DNA of 59,131 bases, the filler included, from Nemertoderma westbladi (lineage: Eukaryota > Animalia > Xenacoelomorpha): assembly GCA_032718475.1 (NCBI GenBank). It is 3 parts of 3 records of this genome, joined end to end, with 100 filler letters (N's around TTAATTAATTAA, not from the genome) between each part and the next. Parts side by side here need not be neighbours in the genome. Positions count along the whole stretch, not along the records: positions 27,515 to 47,101 come from JAUCBJ010004276.1; 2 more parts are not named here. One strand, 5' to 3'. A program made the position numbers and the translations under genes. Shown one piece after another: positions 32,490-47,101 of the stretch; position 1 is the first letter of the stretch, and each line of letters starts with the position of its first letter. The notes under the pieces were generated by a model. It saw only the letters and a program-made list of their open reading frames with translations, had not been told where the DNA came from and did not search any database.

Positions 32490-32660
32490 TCAATGGGAAA
32501 TTCGACACAAAAATAACCTGTTTTCTATTACGTTTCGTTTATTGTTTTGGCTAGAATAACGTGCCACTAACCTATTCCTTTCCCTAAATTTATAATTTAC
32601 ATTGATGCGAGATATTAATTCGCCAGGATGGGATTTGCATCCAGCCCCCCCCCCCCCCCC
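32490..32660. repeat. Dispersed repeat family member (also ~36105-36160, 48030-48260, 54410-54525)
   Basis: Shared core GTTTATTGTTTTGG..AATAACGTGCCACT..AACCT..TCCTTTCCCTAAATT, found in both orientations. Confidence 0.7.
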
Positions 32661-34205
32661 CTCCCTCCCTCCCCCCTGTCTCAATATTTTATACGTTTAC
32701 ATCAGTATGCGATTTTATCATGCCGCACATAATAACATCATCACCGAATCCATTTCCTGAGTAAAAAGAACAATAGAACGTAAGTTGCTCAGCAAAATAT
32801 TTCAAGTAACCTCTAAATGTCACGTAGTTTCCAAAACTCCACTAATTACCCTAATTTTATATTTAAGAAAAAAATTTTCGAGTTGCCCATTAAAAATATT
32901 TATTAAAGTAACTAATAAGCCGTCAACGGTAAGTAGATTTTCTGCCACGTAAATTCATCGCTTTATATATTAACTGGCATCCATTATCGTCTATGCTTCA
33001 TTCACTCTCTATACAAGGCAGTCTGGCTTCGGAACTCTGCCACTAATCAGCTGAAGTCCCTGTTGGATGTCGCTTTTTCCGACCAACTAAACATCGTCAC
33101 TTTGATATAACGGAATTAGGGAACTGGATGTTGAGTTTTATCGTTTGTTTTAATAATTCTAACATAATTTCTACAAAGTTTATTAGGGTATATAGCTTTT
33201 CCACATTGTCCTTAGAGATATAAAATTGGTCCAAAACAAATAAATATATTATTAATTATTTCATTTCTTTGAAAATAATACATTTATTAATTAAATATTT
33301 AAAGGATTGTTTTATTATTCCCCCTACATTAATAATGCAACGCCTAACTATTTGAAGATTTTTTGAAGAATTAAAATATTTAATAAAAGGTAATAATAAG
33401 TATATATATGATAACTCATATATTATCATATCTACCATCTATAATCATTCATTCCAATAATCGAATAATCATATATTTCTTATGTTATTAATTCCATAAA
33501 GAATAAAATTCAATGCAAAATTATTGGAAATTATCAACTTCAGGTTTATTTTTAATATTGCTATACATTATTATAATTTATACGAGTCATTTCAACGGAT
33601 TAAAAAAAAAACACAACTATTGTGCGCAGTTCACTTTATAGTGTTATGCTATGCAACTTCGCACCAACATGGTGGTTGCGTTAAACCCAGTCGTATCGCA
33701 TGCAGTCATATAAAGGCACTGAAAGTGAGAGATACATGGTAGCATCGCATGTGATTAAACTCTTAAAGTAAATGGGCGTCTCTGTCTCCAATGGTTATGC
33801 ACCGACCACTACTACCACGTCATCCAAATGTTTAGCAGCTGCACGGATACCCTAGTCTAGGAACCTTAACAATTTATTAGTAAACAGGAGTACCGGATAC
33901 AATTTAGTTTGTGAGAGGCCTCTTATTAATATTTATTTTAATATATTATTTTTTTGAAATTTTCATTAATAATTTCTAATTAACTGCAATTCTCCACACC
34001 CAGTCAAGGGTGAAATTCGTTACTCATTAATTACTATTGTTTTACTTAATTTACTTATTACTTATTTACTTATTAATTTGAAGTTTAGGTATTGTTAACC
34101 CCATATAGAAGGAACTGAAACTAACAGAAGCGGGCCTTAAAAAACACCTTATCTAAATGAATAGATAGTTAACGTGAGCGAATTTTTTGTCCAATATCGC
34201 AGAGT

Positions 34206-34500
34206 AAATATATAATGTAAATATGACAATATGATAATGCTCTCCATAGCGAAAAAATATCAACCGGCCCTATCGGGGTTCGAATCCGGTACCTAGGTTT
34301 CAAATTTCTGGTTATCATCAGCCGGGTGAGTGTACTGAGCTACCAGATCTGCCACTCCATAGCGAAATATTCATCCGGCCTGGTAGCTCAATACACTCAA
34401 AGTTTGAAACCTAGGTACCGGGTTCGAGCCCCAATAGGGCCGGTATATGATTTTCGCTATGGAATTCATTATCATATTGCCCTATTTACATTATATATTT
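34206..34500. mobile_element. Palindromic element made of two inverted tRNA-derived units
   Basis: Arms 34206-34348 and 34379-34500 are inverted copies. Each has TGGTAGCTCA (A box) and GG(G/A)TTCGA(G/A)CCC (B box); the D-arm is deleted, so this is not a functional tRNA. Confidence 0.75.
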
Positions 34501-37439
34501 AATTCACCGCGTCACTCGCCCCACAACAATTCACTTATTATTATTAGTATCGCAAATTGGGAATATATTGTATTTTCTTTGTTACTGGCTATTAGGGCCC
34601 ATCTTCGTCCCTGTTAATTCTAATACGATATTTCAGAAAATTTAATTTAATAAGGAAAATAAATATTATTTACTGTATTTAAAAATTTTGTTTGTGTTTT
34701 TGCGCTAGGCCACATGGTTAGTTGTCGGAGGCCATAGGCCATGGCCTAGTTAGCCTATTCCGACTAGGAGTACCACAATATTTCTCATCCTATTCCATTT
34801 CCTGTTCCAGTCCATTTGTAGTTATTATTCATCACACATAGCGATAACTCCCCGCTGTATCGTCCGATTCGATTATCTTACTTGGGTTGCCGTTCCTGAC
34901 AACTGGTTTAACGGGATTCTATTACAATATAACCGAGTAATACGATATGTCCTAAGGTCGGTCGGACGTCTTTGTGCGGTTGTCACACAGAGAATTCGCC
35001 GCGGGGAAACAAACACAGTCAGCTAGCGCAGCGCTGCCAAAACGAATCACAGTAATTTATCGGTGACAATCTCAGGAATTGGGTGCGTTTTTGGTAGAAA
35101 AGCCAGAAGGGGGGTTGTGCGATAAGTGATTCACTCGGTAGGGGTCCGCTAGGGAATAATATTGACTAGCTGTTGTGTATTTGAGTCTATTGTACAGTAG
35201 GTTAGGGTACAGTACCGGGGTGGTAGTATATAGCCTCAGGTTTATACTCTCAACCATGTCAGTGACCTCACATGAAGATAAGAAGATATGAAGATAACCT
35301 ATACTACAGTAACTCTTTTTTTTTGGTTATAACTATATTCAGAATATATTGGGAAATGTCGGGGGGGGGGGGGGGGGGGGGTAAAAAAACCAATGTATTG
35401 GCAATACAGTGAAATACAGTGAAGGTGTGGTACTTAATTAATGGATAATGTTGTCCCTTATATATATATGTATTGTATATATATGTGAATATTATTAATG
35501 ACTTTAATTCATTCATTATTCTTAAATGTCCTGAAAAAAATATACAAACATATCAGCTAAATATGTTAACATAAACGGAGACTGAAAAATCTTACTCGTC
35601 ATCACCGCCACAGGAATTAATCAACAGGCAAATAAATATAAGGACGTAAACAAGAGAACAATATGAAGTAATATAATTTATTGACCTTAATTCCATGGAA
35701 ACGACGCGAAACAAAGGTAAAGTTTATTTGCAACTATAAAGTCATTTTAGATACAAAACAATCAGCAAACAACCGATAATACAACTGGCATTCCGATACG
35801 GCCAGAATACCAGACACCGATATAATTACATACATACATATTTAATTAGCAACAATTTATTTGTGTAGACCTATCGTCTCATGGTTTGTACGTAATAAAC
35901 TTATTTTTCCTTAGAAGTCATTAATTTGCATAATTCATATAGACTTATTTTTCCTTAGAAGTCATTAATTTGCATAATTATCTTCCATAACCATCTGCCA
36001 TTGAGAATTATTATATTAAGATAAGTTAATTTAGCATTATTATGCCCCAAGTGTGGTAGTCTTAAAGGGATTCATTTTCTTTTTATGTATAATGTTAATT
36101 ATGAATTGAGGGAAAGGAGCAGGTTATAGTGGACGATTATTTTAATCAAAACAATAAACGAGTGTCATATGTTGTTGGTGAAGCTTTTACATCCTTTAGT
36201 TTCAGCGGCACAACATTTTGCGGCTTATGAAGCTACAAATATCCAAATATTGCAATTATCAATGTAATTCATCACATGATATTAAAAACATATTTATTCA
36301 GTTTATTGAATATAATTTTAAAATATAGACGGTGTAAATTTTTAACTAGGGATATAGTATGTGCAATTTTACTTTTAACAATTGAATTGATTTTATTAAA
36401 CAAAAATAAATCATAATGACAATGAAAAATGAAAAAAATAATCACAATGCTCTGACTAAACGGATGAACAATAAAGGTGCTAATAATTAATTGATACTAA
36501 TTAATAATTAATACCATAGAGTGAGCGTATAAATACACAACCAAGGACCGAACAGCAGATAAAAACCCCCTTATGCACTCAATGATTAAATTAGTTTTCT
36601 ACAAAGTTCACCCACCTTGCACCCCCTTGCCATCATGCAATCATATCAATCTAAATTTGTATCTCATATCCTTGATGTTCTGCCTTCCTCACCAATTTCT
36701 AACATAGATGATATTACATACAATAAATAAATATATGTAAGTTACAAAAGGCAAAAAAAATATAATAATAGAATAGAATAATAGAATAAATTCTAAATAT
36801 ATAATAGTGAATGAATAAAGTAAAAAGTAATGACAAGGTAAGAATTGTCATTAAGTTAAGTTATATCTTTATCTTACGAAGTGGCTTTAAGTCTTTCTAG
36901 GCTTTTATGTATATAACATGCTAATTCATATTCATTATCCCAAGAGATCACGTAGCTGACGTCGGTAAAATATCGCTAAATGCTACGACTCCACCTACCG
37001 GTTTCTACGGGTCTCTACGGGTTGATCCATATTCTAATGAATTCTAGATTATAGTCAAAAATCTGTGGTCATTTATTGGCTCGTTTGATGCACAATTTTC
37101 TAGAGAGTTCAAATTCTCGAAATTGTTTTTTTGAAATCTTTCTTACTATTAATCCAATCGAAATACTGACTAATATGTGTTATTATAACTTGCGTTAATA
37201 GTCCTTTAAATTGGAATTCATCAAAAATCCATGAGAATCTGAATTTTATTCCTATTGAGGTAAGTGGTGGCAGCGTTTATTTTCAGATCATCTTAATCTT
37301 TGTTTTATTAATCGAAACTGTTACCAAAGTATATCCCAATAAATTCTGGAAAGAACTTAAACTCATCCATATCTGCTGTTAATATTATATTTGAAAATAT
37401 GAGTTAATTAAACAAAAACATCGCCTCTCTCCCTACTAG

Positions 37440-37960
37440 GTCGAGCGAACTCCGACAGTGGAAATGAGATCCTTCCAGGCTTCCCGATTCTCCATAGTTG
37501 TCGCAATTTCGTTTCTCTCAAGTTCAGTATCCCTTTCAAGCTGGTCTATATATGTTAATATGTTATAGCCGATCGTCCTCGGGTACGCATTCCATGAGTT
37601 GGTTGCCAGAAAAGTAGATCTGGTTTGACCACGTCTTTACTTCGCCAGCAGTGCCCACTGAATCTTAATCTGCGTTCACGGCGGGTGGTTGATACAGTTG
37701 GTATTGTACCATAAAGCTCGGCATTTGTCATGTGTTGTCTCCAGCTGATGTTTAGGGCTGCCCTTAGTAGTCTTGTGTAGCAACCATCAAATCGGTGTTC
37801 AAGTGATTTTATCAGTATCCAGGTTGCACCCCCCGTATAAAAGTACACTTTCCACTTTGGCTCGAAGAGCTTAGTCTTCAGGTGGGGGCGTAGAGAGGTC
37901 TGATTTCCACATGGTATCTATTTTTTATAGAGCTGCCTATCTTTGCTTTCCCTAAAGTAC
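37440..37960 (-). mobile_element. RTE-clade LINE 3' fragment (second family)
   Basis: DGCYTRLLRAALNISWRQHMTNAELYG...RRLRFSGHCWR...LFWQPTHG. Confidence 0.85.
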
Positions 37961-38741
37961 TGAAATTCATCAACATTCTTTAGTTGAAATAATACAGTAA
38001 ATATATATAAATTAAACTCGCTCCTCCTTGCCCCAATTAATTTATTAATATCAATATCATTGTTTCCTATTCTTTGAAAGTACTTTGAATTAATTATTTA
38101 GTGAATGTTATAGGGATGAATTATACCAGGAACTGCCTTTCCTCTGAAAGTGCCCATTGTGTATTCAGCTCTTAGCTGATACAAGAACACGGTTGTATGT
38201 GGGAGCATTTCGCACAATTGAGACAGGAAGTTGTGACAAAGCATAATAACGTGAACACGTCCTAGTTGTAAGCACACTACGCATTAATTACGACAATTTC
38301 TGGATATCGATATCAAATGTATGCTTGTTTTTCGATGATAACATCGACACAATGAGGTGTGATTGTTGTTTGATCTGAAGGCAGATTTTGTGACAGGGCT
38401 GTCTTAGTGTATATCAAGGTAATCATACTGATTGTTTGATGGCGATTACTGAGTTAGGGTTGAAAGGCTAATGTGAGGCATGGAGATGTGAGAGGTAAGG
38501 AGTGATGGTCAGGAGGTTACTAGTTACAGGAAATCGAATTGCCACGATTGTTTGAAAGGGAAAGCAAGTAAATTAATGATTATTGCAGATCAGATCTCCA
38601 ACATAAATCTATTCTGGTGCTTATTGGTTTTTCAATCTATGTGATGTCTTTCATGTGTTTTCAGTCCGAGGCCTTAAACTCAACCATCTGAGGCTGGCTT
38701 CTAGAGCTGGAATTATAATATTAATAGCTTAAAATTGGACT

Positions 38742-38792
38742 GTTCCGAGGCTCGCACTCCCGACCTTGTGATTAGATGATCGACGCTTTAAC
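38742..38792 (-). mobile_element. tRNA-like (SINE head) remnant
   Basis: Reverse complement GTTAAAGCGTCGATCATCTAATCACAAGGTCGGGAGTGCGAGCCTCGG resembles the tRNA anticodon-variable-T arms. Confidence 0.35.
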
Positions 38793-38799
38793 GGATATC

Positions 38800-40763
38800 T
38801 ACATGCTGACCAAGTTACCTCAAGTTCATTGCTTTTTTACATGCTGACCAAGTTACCTCATGTTTCATTGCTTTTTACATGTTGACCAAGTTACCTCATG
38901 TTTCATTACTTGTTTACATGCTGACCAAGTTACCTCAAGTTTCATTGCTTTTTTACATGTTGACCAAGTTACCTCATTTTTCATTGCTTTTTTACATGCT
39001 GACCAAGTTAAATCATGTTTCATTGCTTTTTTACATGTTGACCAAGTTAAATCATGTTTCATTGCTTTTTTACATTCTGACCAAGTTAAATCATGTTTCA
39101 TTGCTTTTTTTACATGTTGACCAAGTTACCTCATGTTTCATTGCTTTTTTATATGTTGACCGAGTTACCTCATGTTTCATTGCTTTTTTACATGTTGACC
39201 AAGTTAAATCATGTTTCATTGCTTTTTTACATTCTGACCAAGTTAAATCATGTTTCATTGCTTTTTTACATGTTGACCAAGTTACCTCATGTTGCATTGC
39301 TTTTTTACATGTTGACCGAGTTAAATCATGTTTCATTGCTTTTTTTACATGTTGACCAAGTTACCTCATGTTTCATTGCTTTTTTACATGTTGACCGAGT
39401 TAAATCATGTTTCATTGCTTTTTTACATGCTGACCAAGTTACCTCATTTTGCATTGCACAATGAATCATGTTGACCAAGTTAAATCATGTTTCATTGTAA
39501 GTGGATCCAATTCGCAGCACTACCCAGTGGAAAATGGGGAAAGTGGCCTTTTACCAATTATAGTTGCCTAGGTGACATTACCAATATAATGTCACCTAAC
39601 AACCAACGGAGGCAATATACATTGCCAGCCACAAAGAGAGATGAGAGGCTATAGGCCATCTCAGAGGGACGAATGGAGCTAGCACGTGGGTACCAGAGAA
39701 TAGGGAGTGCCAAGGGAAGGAAGGATAGATTAGCCAATGGTGGGGCAGAACACCATTTGATTGGGATGCATCCATTGGCCAGGCCACGTAGCAAGTAGCA
39801 ATATTCCATATGTGTTATTAATATAACCGTTGTCTTTTACCTGTTGTTCTGTTGGTTTGTGTAGAATTGTGGAAGCAGGACAGTTTAGACTATTGTCATT
39901 AACCGTGCTATTATTGTATTCCGAAATTACGAACAACTGCCACTAAAACTCAGTTATTCTCTCGGACTCTGGCCTTTCAGACTCAGATACCACAAGCCTT
40001 TCAGCAGCCAACAGACGCAGCGACGCGTACTACCCAAACCCAAAACACACCAGTCGGGATTCCCTCGCCAACGTCACATTCTCCCCGTCACATTCATTGC
40101 TTTTTTACATGCTGACCAAGTTAAATCATGTTTAATTGCTTTTTTACATTCGGACAAAGGTTCCTCGGGTTTCATTGCTTTTTTACATGTTGACCAAGTT
40201 ACCTCATGTTTCATTGGTTTTTTCATGTTGACCAAGTTACCTCAGGTTTCATTGCTTTTTTACATGCTGACCAAGTTACCTCATGTTTCATTGCTTTTTT
40301 ACATGCTGACCAAGTTACCTCATGCTGACCAAGTTACCTCATGTTTCATTGCTTTTTTACATGCTGACCAAGTTACCTCAGGTTTCATTGCTTTTTTACA
40401 TGCTGACCAAGTTACCTCATGTTTCATTGCCTTTTTACATGCTGACCAAGTTACCTCATGTTTCATTGCTTTTTTCATGTTGACCAAGTTACCTCAGGTT
40501 TCATTGCTTTTTTACATGCTGACCAAGTTACCTCATGTTTCATTGCTTTTTTACATGCTGACCAAGTTACCTCATGTTGACCAAGTTACCTCATGTTTCA
40601 TTGCTTTTTTACATGCTGACCAAGTTACCTCATGTTTCATTGCTTTTTTACATGCTGAACAAGTTACCTCATGTTGCATTGCTTTTTTACATATTGACCA
40701 AGTTAAATCATGTTTCATTGCTTTTTACAAGCTAACCAAGTTAAATCATGTTTCATTGCTTTC
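38800..40763. repeat. 39-bp minisatellite (CATGTTGACCAAGTTACCTCATGTTTCATTGCTTTTTTA)n interrupted by a solo LTR
   Basis: Arrays at 38800-39495 and 40093-40763. Confidence 0.95.
39496..40092. mobile_element. Solo LTR (597 bp)
   Basis: TGT...ACA termini; 5-bp TSD TTCAT (39491-39495, 40093-40097); several CCAAT motifs and a TATA-like stretch inside; no internal coding region. Confidence 0.8.
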
Positions 40764-42794
40764 TCCAGATTTATTGGGTTTTACAACTGAAAAGATTTGA
40801 TAATTTTTCATCGGCTTAGCTACTGTTTTAATTATTGGTTTCGATAAAGGCTTTCATTTTGGCCACGATGGACCCACAAATTATCAAGTTGGGGTAAATA
40901 AATCTCTGCATATTATCCCAACGAGATAACGGAGATATCATAGTGATGGCATTTTATTTTAATTAAATTTAAAGCGGTAAACAAATAATCTAAATATAAT
41001 ACTGGGAGTTTGTCAATAATCTACCGGTACCATACCATATAGCCTACAGCTGTAGGTCAGTGTTTTCCAACGCTGATGTGTAACAAAACGCGCACGTCTT
41101 ATATTACTGTATAATCTCTTCTGATACCAAATTCGCAATTCAGGTAGAATTCAATCCATTATGAAATTTTCAGAAATCGATAACCTCCAGACTGAACATA
41201 GACATATCAGGTGGGTTAATAATGATTTTTTTAGACATTCATATTGTAAGAAAATTATCAGTGTTCTTCAACTCTGATATTGTTTGGCTGTCTCTGTATA
41301 TTGATTAAAATCTGTGTATCAGTGTAATGAGCAGTGGATTAATATTGGATTCAGTGCGTGTTTCTGCAATGGATACATTTCCTTTGAAATATCCGAGAAA
41401 TTTGTTTAGTTTTTATATAAATATCCTAGAATAAAAACCAAGTGAAAAATTATTTGGGTTGTAATTCCAGAAAAAAAATAATAAAACAGTCAATTATACA
41501 AATGAAAGAAATCTATAATAATTTCTACTAGAAATGTCACTCATGAGAAAAAAAATAATAATACAACCATATAATCCATAGTACCCAAGATGGATAATCT
41601 AGCGCTAACTGCCAATCACTGGCAGACACCTTACATATGACACCTGCTTCCATAAACCCATTACAAGCATTTCCTCTATAGTGATTATGTTATTTAATAT
41701 CAAAATAATATTTCGACATGAACGTCACCAGAGTGTCAAATTAGATTTACAAAGATAACTTGTGTCCCACCATGCCTCTGCAACTGGAGACCAATTACTG
41801 GAGATGGAACATAAGTCGACCACTGAAATCTTGTGTTTTATGCGATTACATTGACAGTGATTGGCACTAGACAGACACTTTTATTCAGGGTTGCTTCGGT
41901 GTAATAGATAATAATAATAAGTATAAATTTGATTTTATCAACAAAGCAACAATTGTTCAGTATAGAGGAAATATTACTGTAAATAATAAATGATCGTGAT
42001 CCGCATATTAAAATATTAAAAATGAAATATAAGATATCCTTTATATTATATTATCCTAAGTATTATGTTAACACTGTATAATATATAGTACAGGGCTGCC
42101 GGTACTGGTAACAACATGACTTCCCTTCCTATAACTACTACAATCTACATTAATAGGAATAAATACAATAATAGTTAATTAATAGAAATAAATACGTTAC
42201 ACAGGTATCAGAATACTGAATCACCAACCATTGGGCTGGGCTGTATTGCATGGGATAACAACATTATACCATAATGGATTCTCTTTCTCTCAGTGTGAGC
42301 CTGTGGAATATTGCTGAATGAATACTTATTTACTATATTCCCGCTGTGAAATTTCGTACCCATTATAGAATTTATGATAGTTTACTTATGACTAATTCAT
42401 AATAAAATAATATGATATTAGCTGTAGAATATATTAAATATTTTTAATTAGACCTCCGTTTCATATTTACTAAGATAATGTATTCAAATATAGAAGTTCT
42501 ATAATACAAAAGACGCCAAAGACGCGCCTAGAAAATAAAAAAAAAAACAAATACATATATGTTCTTACAAATTATTCTACTTTTATTATTATTAATTAAT
42601 CTTACACAATAAGGTACACCAGTACAATAGTAGTGTATGGTAGAACCATGGCACAAATATTAAAAAAATAGGTACAAAGACCTAAAAGATACATTTAACA
42701 TTAACATTATTGATGTGAGGGGGGGGGGGGATTTGTGGTTGTTTCTAACATACGAGAGATAATACTAATTGAATTATTTTAATTTTATGAGACA

Positions 42795-43000
42795 ATGTAT
42801 CATAGCATATCATGTATCATAGCATATCATGTATCATAGCATATCATGTATCATAGCATATCATGTATCATAGCATATCATGTATCATAGCATATCATGT
42901 ATCATAGCATATCATGTATCATAGCATATCATGTATCATAGCATATCATGTATCATAGCATATCATGTATCATAGCATATCATGTATCATAGCATATCAT
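42795..43000. repeat. 17-bp tandem repeat (ATGTATCATAGCATATC) x~12
   Basis: Perfect array. Confidence 0.95.
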
Positions 43001-44153
43001 ACCATGTGGTGTGTGCGAGGATACAAAGGCTTGGGGATGCAGCCCTAGAAAGTTCCCCCTTGGTGAGGGGTTTTCCATCTCTATGGAGGTCGTATGGTCC
43101 CCGCGATCTGGTTGAAGTTGTATGAATGCAAAGTTTCAAAGATTCACCCACATTTGGGCCAATTGAATCACCATCAACTGCATTCCCCATGGAATTACTT
43201 ATGACATTTACCAACGGATGGTAATATAATTGATGGCTTTTATTTAATAGTGATTCATATGACAGTGATTAATGTGGTATGGATCCAATGGTAGCTATTC
43301 AATCCCCAAATTACATGGTATCAATTGATTGCAATCTATTGATATTTCCTATTGCCTCCCAATTCCCATGTATTCCCAACACAACTACTGCCTACTAGTA
43401 TACAGGCCAAATAGAAACGAAAATAACTGTTATTTATGATTCCTGCCAATTTACTTTGAACCAATCTACCAATGTCTTTCTGGTTAAGCGATGCAATGTG
43501 GCACAATCAGCACATTACTACTGGACACTCAATTCTATGAACTATACTGTTCATGGTCGTGTGATCTGCCTAACTTTCAACTTTTGTCTTTTCATAAAAT
43601 TGTAACAAATTTTCAGTAAATTCTAAAACACACAATTCTGCGGGTAGTCATTCTTAGCATGGTATATAAAATGATATTATAATGATAATGATAATGATAA
43701 TGATATTATAATATGAATGAATGATATATTGTTTTACGTATACAATTTCATAATTCCATAACAATGAAAAAATTTCAAAATTCATCATCGATTTACATTG
43801 AACACGCATCAAATGTCGCTCATTGAAATGAAAATTAATTAAAAGTGAAATTAGAAAATAATTTCAAAGCGACTTCTACAAACAAGGTGATGATGTTTAA
43901 ATTTGCAAGTTAATTAAAGGAATTGACATTAATGCCTGGTTTAATTGCGATGTAATGTAGTGAATATTGGGACCTTACAAAACATTATATATTCAACATT
44001 ATGAATTATTATTTAACATTAACATTATATTATCTATAACAAATATATAAATAAATATATTATAATTTATCATAACTTATATATCATAACTTTTCGTTAT
44101 TATGCTTCTTTTGGTGCTAATGTTTTATGTAAAATTCTGCTAAGTTGTAATTG

Positions 44154-44452
44154 TAATATTATATACTGATTATAATTAATATTATATACTGATTATAATT
44201 AATATTATATACTGATTATAATTAATATTATATACTGATTATAATTAATATTATATACTGATTATAATTAATATTATATACTGATTATAATTAATATTAT
44301 ATACTGATTATAATTAATATTATATACTGATTATAATTAATATTATATACTGATTATAATTAATATTATATACTGATTATAATTAATATTATATACTGAT
44401 TATAATTAATATTATATACTGATTATAATTAATATTATATACTGATTATAAT
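44154..44452. repeat. 23-bp tandem repeat (TAATATTATATACTGATTATAAT) x~13
   Basis: Perfect array about 320 bp upstream of the GPCR ATG. Confidence 0.95.
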
Positions 44453-44769
44453 AAACAACTGTTAAAAAACATATGTTGCTGGATAATAATTGTTATTTTT
44501 CAAACATAATGATTTTTTATAAATTGAACAAAACAAACTAAGAATAATTCCAAAGGAAATATGAAGGCAATACAACATAGAAACGCAGTGATGAGATGAT
44601 AATAAAGGATATATAATTTAATTAGATGTTATGCATTTCATTTCTTTGATAAAATCCACATTAAGTCAATGAAATAAATTTTTATGCAGATAATTAACTG
44701 TCAATCAACTCGAAAGAGGAAGTTTAGGCATTGTGCCTACCGACAATAGCGAACACTACCGAGTTCGAG

Positions 44770-45146
44770 ATGGCCGATAACGCAACTGAGTTGTTGACAA
44801 CAGAGACGACGACACAAACAACTACAAACGGCAACTGGAACATTCCAGCCGTCTTCTTCGGGAGTCTGATAGCTCTGATATTCAGCGTTCTAACATTCGG
44901 CGGTAACATCCTAGTAATGGTAGCCTACCGTACAGACCGCAGGTTGCAACGAACCAGTAACCTCTTCCTCCTCAGTTTGGCTCTGGCCGACTGTCTCGTG
45001 GGTTTATTCTCAATACCGTTCTTCACCATCTATTTGATTCTCAACTGGTGGCCCTTCGGCAGTATTGTTTGCGATGCCTGGCTAACTATGGATTATACTT
45101 GTTGCCATGCCAGCATCATTAACATCCTCGTCATCAGTATTGACAG
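44770..45146 (+). CDS. Class A aminergic GPCR, muscarinic acetylcholine / histamine H3-like; first coding exon (TM1-TM3), partial
   Basis: GNILV (TM1), NLFLLSLALAD (TM2), WPFG..CD.W..DY (Asp3.32), ISIDR followed by donor AG|GTAAGT; N-glycosylation sequon NAT. An upstream acceptor is present at 44689. Later exons were not seen in the window. Confidence 0.9.
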
Positions 45147-47101
45147 GTAAGTTTCATTCATTCATGTAAAATTTATCAATAATAAATATATAAATCAATT
45201 ATTATTTAAAGAAATTGTTTAGAGAACAGTATCTAGGTTACGAAATTCCGAAATTCCGTATTATTTTCAAACATTTTCACACAGGATAGGCTTTTTAACC
45301 TCTCCTGTAATGCCACACGAATAGGTGTCATGCCTTGTTCATTAAATAGTAGGTAAATGAGCACCAGTTGCCTTTGGGGAGTATAGTTCTGGGGGGGGGG
45401 GGGGGGGGGGTGGCACATTGCGCAATTTTATTTTACCTCAAGAATTAAGTAAAGTCACATTTTAAATAAGTTCACAATATCCCTTTTGGTAATATATTTA
45501 TTAATCATTATTGGTGTTGTACGACATGATAACAATTTTGGTATTAATTCCCGGCAGAATGTCGAATCGAGCATTCAATATGGCCGTTTACCATGTTCTA
45601 GCCGGCTGGAGAAGGTGTTCATCAGCCTCTGTAAGCAAAAAATTAATAATTTATATGAAATGGAACAGTTCGCTAAATAACAAACGAAAGCTTCTCCACT
45701 GCCTTCTCCACAATATTGTATTATATTACATTATTAATTGTTGTAGGTAGAATGTACACCTAAACCTCCGTGCCATCCTAATTAAACTCGTAATTGTAAG
45801 GTTGAGCGCTACCCATTATTGTTAATCAATATCATATTGTTATGATCTGCTATCTGTTATTGTTATAGCTTAGTACTGGTGTTATCACACCTAGAACTTC
45901 TACATTTCATCCGGAATTCATCGAAATATACGATTAACCCAAGAAATTTGATTTTCAATCAAATATTGATTAATCGCATACAATTTAATTTAACAATATT
46001 TCGCCAACGAAAATCTCTAATGAATATTGGGAGATACGATATATGCAAAAAATATATTCCAATACTGCAAACACTGTGACGCCCAAACTCGACCGCAATG
46101 AACGATTACTTTACACAATGAAATAGTACTCGGGCCCTACACCATCTTTTGTGGAACATTTACGTACAAGTCCCATTAATGTTTCCACATAATATCATAT
46201 CTCGTAAAAACAACGGTGGGTTTGGAAAAAGTTTATTTGTAATTAATTAAGGCTAAGCTGAAAACGCTGCAAATTACCTTGATCAACAAACATTCAATTT
46301 ATTGCATTTGCCTGACATTTTCTAGTTTACGCGCAGTAAATTACATTAATTATTTATAAAACTATGAGATTATTATACCACAACGAAGAACATTGTCATA
46401 CGATATATTGGTTTTGTTTAACCAGATTTTATGTCCCCAGCTGGTTCGGCCATCAACATTAATACTAGTTGATGCCTTTTACCTTCAAGCTAATAAATTA
46501 TCTTCGCTAAACTAAATGGATTGCCCTGAACTAGTAGCTATAGAGGTAAACGAGAAGCCATGATGGGGGTGAAGTGACTCTTATGGCTATTAATAACAGG
46601 TGAATCTAATGCATCTAAACATTTTAAGTAGGTTAGCTAGTGGATTAGCATAAGGCTTACTATCTCGGTAATATTAACCTTTACGAAACATTCACCACAA
46701 ACTTACTGGAAATATAATATGACGGCCAACCATTCAGCATCTATAGGCCCTAATGAATACTTCATTATTTATGGTTTTAACAAAATATTACGCACATTCT
46801 ACTTAATAAACCATTTATCAAATCCTATTGACGCAATTTCCTGACATTTATTTGGGTACTTATAGAAAAGTCGCGCCCATTTTGAATACGTCAGAGAATT
46901 AGTGATTCCTACTTGTGTAGAGATAATTCCAAATTCATGAAACAGAACCTACCTTATCTTAGAACAAGAAACATATTATATCAACTACACTTGGACAAAA
47001 GGGAATTTTAAGAGTCCAATATTTTAATTGTGCTAGTTAAATATAACTTGTCAATTTACGCGTGACTGGACAACTGCCCCCCGAGGACAATTCCTTCACG
47101 G

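Noticed and set aside
34377-34441. Functional tRNA gene
   Set aside because: The D-arm is deleted, the anticodon stem is poor, and it is part of an inverted repeat.
38860-40800. Multiple overlapping 13-aa-period ORFs
   Set aside because: Artefacts of the 39-bp repeat.
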